Shown here piece by piece: positions 16,815-23,463 of a DNA stretch of 23,463 nucleotides; position 1 is the first letter of the stretch; each line of letters starts with the position of its first letter. The DNA lies in the NCBI GenBank assembly GCA_048941285.1, contig JBHLNS010000049.1, positions 1 to 23,463 of the forward strand, written 5' to 3'. This DNA comes from Promethearchaeota archaeon (GTDB lineage: Archaea; Asgardarchaeota; Lokiarchaeia; Sigyniarchaeales; SOKP01). The notes beneath the pieces were generated by a model, which saw nothing but the letters and a program-made list of their open reading frames with translations, ran no database searches and was not told where the DNA came from. Position numbers and translations under genes: made by a program.

Positions 16815-18146
16815 TTATTCAATTAGCTGTGTTTTTCCAGAACCCCAAATACCGAGGGCTACTCCCAATTCTTTTTTCTCTTTTGCAACATCTCTTACGT
16901 TTTTGCCTTCCATTACAGCATCTATAGCTTGTCTAAATGCTTTAGCACCAGCAATTGGGCCATCAGGATGGCTATGAATCCCACCACCACTACCAATAAG
17001 AATATCTTTACCCGCTTCTTTTATGCACTTCTCAACCATTCCCTGCGTAATTCCTCCGGAAGGCATTGGTAATGTGGGTTTAATATGTTGAAGTGGATAC
17101 CGAAGTGCTTTAAGATTCTGCTCATATCTTTCTTCAAGAATTTCTGCTTTTCCGTAAGGTGCAGGGATTACTACTGTATCCGCTCCACAAATACGGGGTA
17201 ACTTAGCAAAGGTTAACATGCTTGTCATACCAGTCCATTCTCCTCCAAAATATGTACCACCAAAGTCCATGTGTCCCAGAATTGGAACTTTAATTGAAGG
17301 GTCCTCTGCTATTTGCCTTAACGCTTCATAACCAGTAGCTAAATAATTTATCATTAAAGCATTTGCTCCTAATTCTATCATCTTGTCTGCGTATTCAAAC
17401 ATTTCTGGGAATTTTGTAGTGATATTAATTGTGTATAAAGTTTTTTCTCCTTTTTCTGAATCTGCTCTATCTACAGCTTCCATAACTTTGACAATCCTAT
17501 CTTCAAGAGTATTAAAAGAGGGATTGGAAATAAGCTCATCATCTTTTACTACATCACATCCTCCAACTGCTGCTTTATAAACTAAATCAGCTGCAACTTC
17601 AGCAGTATGACCTGTACATGGCTTTACCATATTATTTAAAAGGGGGCGTTCAGGAATATTCATTAATTTTCGAATACCATCAATACCAAATTTTGGGCCT
17701 TTAAAATCTTCTAACCATAATTTAGGAAATGCTAAATCAACTAGTTTTAATCCGTGGGTAATACTAATATTTCCGATAACTGTCGTAAAAAGCATTGGGA
17801 TTCCCATACCCTTAATATTTATTACTGGAAACCCAATTTGTACAAAGTATGTTCTATCTTTTATATCTTTTGGAATATAATATTCATACATTGGGATTTC
17901 ATAAACACCTAGCACTCTTGCGACATGATATTTTCTAACCTCTGCAGTTTCAGCAGGAACTCTAACCCACGTTCCAGTAGATTGTTCAATCGCTGCAAAC
18001 CGAGACAAATAATTAACATTTTGCCCTTTAGGACGTTTAATAATATATGATGCAATGATATATTTTTCCAAATCGATACCATCTAACCCAGCCGCTTCTG
18101 GAACATCAAAATACTGTTCACAAGAAGGAAAAGAGTCTTCTTCCAT
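16815..18146 (-). CDS. RuBisCO-like protein (form IV RLP)
   Basis: EQSTGTW, IGN, GPKFG, VKPCTG, GGCDVVKDDE, YGK, PSGG and GGGIHSHPDG. Equivalents of K177, R295 and H327 are substituted. ATG 18146 is preferred because the GTG at 18155 belongs to the SD-like GTGAT. Confidence 0.92.
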   Translation of the reverse strand: MEEDSFPSCEQYFDVPEAAGLDGIDLEKYIIASYIIKRPKGQNVNYLSRFAAIEQSTGTWVRVPAETAEVRKYHVARVLGVYEIPMYEYYIPKDIKDRTYFVQIGFPVINIKGMGIPMLFTTVIGNISITHGLKLVDLAFPKLWLEDFKGPKFGIDGIRKLMNIPERPLLNNMVKPCTGHTAEVAADLVYKAAVGGCDVVKDDELISNPSFNTLEDRIVKVMEAVDRADSEKGEKTLYTINITTKFPEMFEYADKMIELGANALMINYLATGYEALRQIAEDPSIKVPILGHMDFGGTYFGGEWTGMTSMLTFAKLPRICGADTVVIPAPYGKAEILEERYEQNLKALRYPLQHIKPTLPMPSGGITQGMVEKCIKEAGKDILIGSGGGIHSHPDGPIAGAKAFRQAIDAVMEGKNVRDVAKEKKELGVALGIWGSGKTQLIE

Positions 18147-18221
18147 CTTAATCACTTTTTAATTTAAGTTAAGTATAGTTTTATTAAGTAGTACTATTTT
18201 TGAGAATTCAAAAATTTTGTG

Positions 18222-18248
18222 AAAAAAAAAAGTAAAGAAAAAAATAAA
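18222..18248 (-). terminator. Oligo-T terminator candidate after the longin/wHTH gene
   Basis: The minus strand has T7 and T10 runs within 35 nt of the stop at 18256. Confidence 0.55.
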
Positions 18249-18255
18249 GTAGTTG

Positions 18256-19371
18256 TTAAACTTTAGCTTTTGCTTCAGCTTTAGCAGCGGTTCTAATATC
18301 TGAATAAGAATTTTCTAAAACCGTAAGATATTCAACTAAAACTTGATTAGCTTTTGATTTCTGGTCATATACTTTCTTAATAATGTTTAGGAGATATTTT
18401 GGAAATATTAATTCGAAATGAAAATCTGAAAGTAAAGCATAATATTCATTATTCCTTTCGTCTTGGAAAACTTGAATCATTTGAGTATCCCATAGCATCT
18501 TCAAAACCTCATCAAGATCATCAACACCTTTCTTTCTTAACTTCTCAAGATCATTTTTGGTAACTATTGCTGTTCTTAATAATCTCAATGTTTCATATAC
18601 TTGTGGATTAATAAGAATATCAATAATTCTGAGATTATCTCCTTCAGTTGGTCGATAATTTTGAAAGAACTTTTTAACTTCAACTCTATATTTGTCTACA
18701 AGTTGAGAAGGTAGACCACGACTGACTGGGTCATCCAACATTTTAACAGGAGGTACTCTTAAAGCAATAACATCTTGTATCAAAAATATAAGCTCTGAAG
18801 GCATACCTTTAACAGACGTCTCCTTGACGATTTCACGCTTAACAAGTTCAATCAAAACTCCTTCTAAATCTACGAAGCCTTGTTTATATTGGTCCTTTAA
18901 CCACACCATCAATTCTGACTTAGAAACTACTCCTTCATCTCGTAAACGATTAAGGATCATCCGTTTAATCTCATCTTGATATGTGATTGCAAGTCTTTGT
19001 TCGTTATTTAGTGTGGGATAAACAGAAAGTCTTCTGAAGAGATTAGGAATCATTGACTCATATGCATCATCTTTCAAATTCTGTAAAATAATCCGTGAAA
19101 TCTCTATTAATCCCCCTTCGTAAGAATCAGGATCATCATCAAGACTCAGGAGTAGAAGAATATAGAATCCTTTATCAGGCCCAGTATAGTATGAAGCAAT
19201 GTTTAGAGAACCTATCATTAAACTAATCATCCCAGATTCTCCACTATACTCATGAGTGCTATATACTTGCATCAATGTTTTATCACTAACATTAATTTCA
19301 TCAGGGTATTTTGCTAGAATGTCAGTCCCAACTCTTTCATCCCATCTCATAACTACTAATCCTACTGGCAT
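18256..19371 (-). CDS. uDENN/longin-like plus tandem winged-helix protein (NPRL2-like architecture)
   Basis: N-terminal GLVVMRWDERVGTDILAKYP resembles the hhh.FD...GP.h...P start of DENN/NPR2 longin domains. Two wHTH-like segments follow: ILNRLRDEGVVSKSEL...VLIELVKREIV and TLRLLRTAIVTKNDL...VLKMLWDTQMI. SD GGAGGTG and TAATG overlap with the upstream gene. The ORF is certain; the fold is inferred. Confidence 0.65.
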   Translation of the reverse strand: MPVGLVVMRWDERVGTDILAKYPDEINVSDKTLMQVYSTHEYSGESGMISLMIGSLNIASYYTGPDKGFYILLLLSLDDDPDSYEGGLIEISRIILQNLKDDAYESMIPNLFRRLSVYPTLNNEQRLAITYQDEIKRMILNRLRDEGVVSKSELMVWLKDQYKQGFVDLEGVLIELVKREIVKETSVKGMPSELIFLIQDVIALRVPPVKMLDDPVSRGLPSQLVDKYRVEVKKFFQNYRPTEGDNLRIIDILINPQVYETLRLLRTAIVTKNDLEKLRKKGVDDLDEVLKMLWDTQMIQVFQDERNNEYYALLSDFHFELIFPKYLLNIIKKVYDQKSKANQVLVEYLTVLENSYSDIRTAAKAEAKAKV

Positions 19372-22300
19372 TAATTAGCACCTCCTTTGAATTCTTCTTT
19401 TATTTCAGGTAACTTCTTTGATTTCTTACCTTTTACATCCATTATATCATCTAATGATAATCCAATTGCTTCCCATTTTTCTCCAAGTTTTTTCACAATA
19501 TATTCTTCTTTTGTTGGGTATAAAAGAGAGTCTGAAATAGACCTTTTTCCTTTTATATTTTTCTTAATTTCTCTTGCTTTTTTTACAAAACTTGGAATTC
19601 TTGCTCTTTGAATGGTACGATAAGCGATTAAACTACCTGCTACTGCAATCACAGCTCCCACAATCATCAAAAAATAGAATAAGGGAAATCCAAAAATTTC
19701 TTGCATTTTAACTACGACTGTAATGCTAGTTGATGAGGTAGAAAAATATTGTTTCTCGATATTTAATGTAGCAGTAAATGTTTGAGGCATAAAGAATGCT
19801 TCAGCTATCACTGTTCTCTCAATTGCATAGATTCCATTACCAGTATGATTAAAAAAAATATCTTTACCTTGTATGGTTAAATATACATTTGCTCCTCTTA
19901 CTGGGGCATTAGGAACTGTATCGTTATTTGGATCAGTGAGAGTTATTGCAAAATCTAACGCTGCTCCCGAAGCGATTAATATTTTAGAATCTATAAAAGG
20001 AGGTTCAGGTAAAGTGATTTCAAAAACTCTTTTCATAATGGTTAAGGATATAATAGCAATACTATGATCCCAATTCATTTTATCTAATGTTACAATTATT
20101 GAATATTCTCCATCTTGCCGTCTTTCCGTATTAAGGTCTAAGATAAATTCATTAGTATCTTCTACGAGAGATCCTGTTTCAGAAGTTCCGGGAATTGGAT
20201 CACCATTTTCATCTAATTGTTGTAAAAGATAACTCATCTCATCTAAGTTTGAAATAGAAGTGCCTCTCATCTCATCTATATAATTAAATGTGAAGTTCAA
20301 TTCTTTAAAAATATAGATATTTTGAGAGATATACAAAATTCCATCTTCCCCGTTAATAGTAGTTGGCCTTGATAAAATGTTAATATAAAATCCAAAATTA
20401 TCTATTTTAGTATAATTCTCGAGCCCTGCCGTAAACTCAATGCGATATTTTCCAACATTAGTTGCTGCTGAAGTGTCAATCTCAACTGTATAATATCCAG
20501 GATTTAATGGGTCAGGATCTAGTGTACCAGAGCCATAATCCCAATCATATCTAAATATATCCGCAATTATTGGATCATTCGTAATGAAATCATAATATCT
20601 GACAGTTATATTAATCAATTCATCATAAAATTGAGAGACTTCATTGGTAGGCAATTCATCTGGCATTGATAAATAATCATGAAAACTCATACCACTAGCC
20701 ATTGATTCTATGGATATCACAAATAATACATCTTCAGGGCTATTATAGTAAGACTTTATGCCAGAGATGGTAACAATATATGATTTGCCATAATAACCTG
20801 CTGAGAATCGATTTGAATTGATCTCAATAGTAAATATTCCATTTGTAGTATACAACATGTCTTTTTGATATACTAATGGGTTTCCGATTGCAGTACTTTT
20901 AATTATACAAGTAATTTTTGTACCAACACCATCATCATCTACCCATGGACCAAGAAGTCCATTATCAGATGTAATATATTTTATCGAAAATGTCATATTT
21001 TGACCGTAAACTACATCATAATCCGCAACAAGACTTCCATTTTGAAATTGAGATAATCTATTCTGGTAGTTTAAATCTAATTCAAATACTAAAGAAGATG
21101 CTGAATATAAAGTATATGAGTAATTATTTAAAATCTTATTTGGATCATATGCTTGATCTGAATAATTCACCCGGAAAGTTCGTTGTTCAGTCACCACCCA
21201 AAGGGAAAAATTATAATTAATTTTTCTTTTAAACCAAAATCCAAGATCACTATTAATTAAACCATAAGCAGTACCATTATCATCAGTTTTAAGGTCTACG
21301 ATATGTTCGGATGTTCCGCTTTCTTCAACTCTTACAGTAATACCCTCTACAGGTACAGTTTCAGTGTCATCAATGACACGTATATCCAATTTAGACATAC
21401 TTGTTCTCACATATTCAAGATAAATCCCTGGACCTGTATACGTAATGGTACTGGAGTTTAAACGAGTTGGATAATCCGTGTAATCAACATTATCAAAATA
21501 TACAGTGTAGTTATAACTGAGCTGATCTATCCATCTAAAAGTTGCTTCTCCAGCAGAATCTAATGCTAGAGTTTCCAATACTTTAATTGTGGAATTTCCC
21601 ACTTCTACATAACCATAATCAAATGAATCTCCGTCCCAATCATCTACTTCGAAATCTATTGTCCAAAGATCAGCAACAACCTCCACTGAAACAATTAAAC
21701 CCTTAAATTCTACTTCACCAGGAGGTTGAATTCTGCTATCATAAACTACAGCTTCATATAAACCAGATTGTAAAGTATAATTTACCGAGATGTTATAAAA
21801 TCCAAATGGGACTTTTGTAAAAGATACAATTCCATCTGACAACGTAAAATCAGTATAGGGACTTCCATCCTTTTCTAAGATATGTGTAGAATTTTTCCAT
21901 AGAGATACTTCCGCACCTGGAACTAATCGGTCATCAATATCCTTTACTATAATAGTCACTGCAGCTGCTCGTTCTGTAATAGGTAATAAATTGGTATTAA
22001 TATTATAATAATTTGCCAACCATTCAATCTCATCAGGCGCAACAGCATATTCAAAATATCTTATTTCATCGATATTACCATCATAATAATAATTATTTCT
22101 ATTCCCATTTTCTGCTGTAGCTTCAGATCCATCACCAAAGAATCCCCATCTGTCAGTACCAGTACCGAAAGCTCTTCCTCCCATAGCATTTGTCCAAACG
22201 TCTGCAGGATAATTATCTACATAAATGTATTTATCAATACCATCATAAACAACACAAGCAAAATGCCAAGCATTATCATTCAGGCCCGAAATGCTGCCAA

Positions 22301-23222
22301 AAAAATCATTTTGTCCAGTATATCCAGTAGCTGAACTAGCAAAGCCTATCCTTCCATTTCCAGTTATGAAAAAATTGAAATATTCTGATCTATCAAAATC
22401 AAAAAATGCCCAGTTATCCCAATTTCCACTACTTGCAAATGAAGTTTTAAACCAACAGCTAACAGTTACAGCTGATATTTCATTTGGTTCTGTGTAATGT
22501 AAAGCATCCTCTATATAAACAAAATCATTGGAACCATCAAAGTTTAGAGAAAAATCTCCGACCGCGCTATCGGTATCATAATCAGGATAATAACTACTAC
22601 TTGTTCCATAAAGATGACCATCAGCATAATCTAACGAATCCTCAACAATGGAGTTATACCCTCCAGATCCTTCTTCAAACTGCCACCAAGAGGTTCCAGA
22701 AGGATCGTAATTAACATGCTTACTCCCACGATGATTAATCGATGTATTTCCCCAGTACATATAAGTATCATAATCAGATTCGCCCGCATTAATACTATTT
22801 TCAAACCATATAGTTGCAAGTCCAATACTCGGAAAGTCTTTCTTTACATAGTAATTTCTTACAACATTATTTTCTACTATTCTAACATCGTACAAGTTGG
22901 GATCCATATTATAATTGTCTCTTAAGGTTGTGTAATCAAACTGAATACTTAGGAAGTTATCAGTTAAATTATAACCTCCAGGATTACTAATATTTATACA
23001 CTGACGCCACTGAAATGATACATTCCACCAAGGATCCTCACCTATTGGAGCATTTAATAATGGTTTTATAAATGTCGATTCATTATCTTTTTCTTCTTTT
23101 TCATCTAATTGTCTTAAATTTGAAATATTGGAAGGGAATATCGTCAAAATCGAACCCAGTGAAAGAATCAATAAAATGGTTACCATAATTCCCTTTTTTG
23201 TTTTCATTTTTAGTCTATTCAT
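19371..23222 (-). CDS. Large single-pass cell-surface glycoprotein: signal/anchor, DUF2341-like, LamG/ConA-like, Ig/transthyretin-like repeats, C-terminal TM and cytoplasmic tail
   Basis: KTKK plus hydrophobic N-terminus. WWN..F.WR..I...YMYWGN is DUF2341-like. WWQFEEGSG, SLNFDGSNDFV, TVSCWFKT, WHFACVVYDG and GNIDEIRYF are LamG-like. VPGAEVSL and VEGITVRV...TDDNG mark beta-sandwich repeats. TM FPLFYFLMIVGAVIAVAGSLIAY is followed by an 82-aa basic tail. About 20 N-x-S/T sequons. Alternative ATG at 23207. Confidence 0.85.
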   Translation of the reverse strand: MNRLKMKTKKGIMVTILLILSLGSILTIFPSNISNLRQLDEKEEKDNESTFIKPLLNAPIGEDPWWNVSFQWRQCINISNPGGYNLTDNFLSIQFDYTTLRDNYNMDPNLYDVRIVENNVVRNYYVKKDFPSIGLATIWFENSINAGESDYDTYMYWGNTSINHRGSKHVNYDPSGTSWWQFEEGSGGYNSIVEDSLDYADGHLYGTSSSYYPDYDTDSAVGDFSLNFDGSNDFVYIEDALHYTEPNEISAVTVSCWFKTSFASSGNWDNWAFFDFDRSEYFNFFITGNGRIGFASSATGYTGQNDFFGSISGLNDNAWHFACVVYDGIDKYIYVDNYPADVWTNAMGGRAFGTGTDRWGFFGDGSEATAENGNRNNYYYDGNIDEIRYFEYAVAPDEIEWLANYYNINTNLLPITERAAAVTIIVKDIDDRLVPGAEVSLWKNSTHILEKDGSPYTDFTLSDGIVSFTKVPFGFYNISVNYTLQSGLYEAVVYDSRIQPPGEVEFKGLIVSVEVVADLWTIDFEVDDWDGDSFDYGYVEVGNSTIKVLETLALDSAGEATFRWIDQLSYNYTVYFDNVDYTDYPTRLNSSTITYTGPGIYLEYVRTSMSKLDIRVIDDTETVPVEGITVRVEESGTSEHIVDLKTDDNGTAYGLINSDLGFWFKRKINYNFSLWVVTEQRTFRVNYSDQAYDPNKILNNYSYTLYSASSLVFELDLNYQNRLSQFQNGSLVADYDVVYGQNMTFSIKYITSDNGLLGPWVDDDGVGTKITCIIKSTAIGNPLVYQKDMLYTTNGIFTIEINSNRFSAGYYGKSYIVTISGIKSYYNSPEDVLFVISIESMASGMSFHDYLSMPDELPTNEVSQFYDELINITVRYYDFITNDPIIADIFRYDWDYGSGTLDPDPLNPGYYTVEIDTSAATNVGKYRIEFTAGLENYTKIDNFGFYINILSRPTTINGEDGILYISQNIYIFKELNFTFNYIDEMRGTSISNLDEMSYLLQQLDENGDPIPGTSETGSLVEDTNEFILDLNTERRQDGEYSIIVTLDKMNWDHSIAIISLTIMKRVFEITLPEPPFIDSKILIASGAALDFAITLTDPNNDTVPNAPVRGANVYLTIQGKDIFFNHTGNGIYAIERTVIAEAFFMPQTFTATLNIEKQYFSTSSTSITVVVKMQEIFGFPLFYFLMIVGAVIAVAGSLIAYRTIQRARIPSFVKKAREIKKNIKGKRSISDSLLYPTKEEYIVKKLGEKWEAIGLSLDDIMDVKGKKSKKLPEIKEEFKGGAN

Positions 23223-23463
23223 GTTTCATATCAATTTTTTATTAAAATTATTTTGATTTTGAATTTTAAAAAAAGCTTTTTTTATCATTAAATATACAAA
23301 CTTTACTATTTAACTTTTTATTAATGAGTTACACCATCATATATTATTAATTATTTTATAACAAATTTATAAAATAAGAGTTATTTTTACACAGATTAAC
23401 ATAATTTGCTATATAATTTGGGATGAATTGTTATCATACTAATTACTTGTTTCATTTTAAAAC

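Noticed and set aside
16815-18146. Bona fide CO2-fixing RuBisCO (form III)
   Set aside because: K177, R295 and H327 equivalents are substituted, and no AMP phosphorylase or R15P isomerase gene is nearby.
16815-19371. RLP as a third gene of the surface-protein operon
   Set aside because: A gap of about 110 nt with strong oligo-T tracts separates them, and no functional link is evident.
19387-22925. Short ORFs inside the surface-protein gene, and similar 60-85 aa ORFs nested in other CDS
   Set aside because: They are fully nested in well-supported genes and have no motifs or translation signals.

Overview
AT-rich archaeal window. The gene content strongly suggests an Asgard archaeon (Lokiarchaeia-like); this taxonomy is inferred from the proteins and not from a marker gene. 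There are 14 complete CDS plus a partial LRR gene at the left edge. Metabolic and housekeeping genes: a 2[4Fe-4S] ferredoxin coupled to a tungsten AOR-family oxidoreductase, a wHTH/V4R-like regulator divergent from a B12-binding radical SAM gene and a haloalkane-dehalogenase/OleB-type hydrolase, ATP-dependent DNA ligase, hisC, a GH36 alpha-galactosidase and a form IV RuBisCO-like protein. Several genes resemble eukaryotic signature proteins: a gelsolin-like protein with a Pro-rich linker, a Zn-ribbon plus tandem longin-like protein, a uDENN/longin plus winged-helix (NPRL2-like) protein, and HEAT-LRR paralogues. The best candidate for an undescribed system is a 1283-aa single-pass LamG/DUF2341 surface glycoprotein with an 82-aa cytoplasmic tail, translationally coupled (TAATG overlap plus GGAGGTG) to the NPRL2-like gene, which may form a surface-receptor to small-GTPase-regulator module. 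I saw no rRNA, tRNA, CRISPR array or mobile element. All domain calls are by eye, without database searches.
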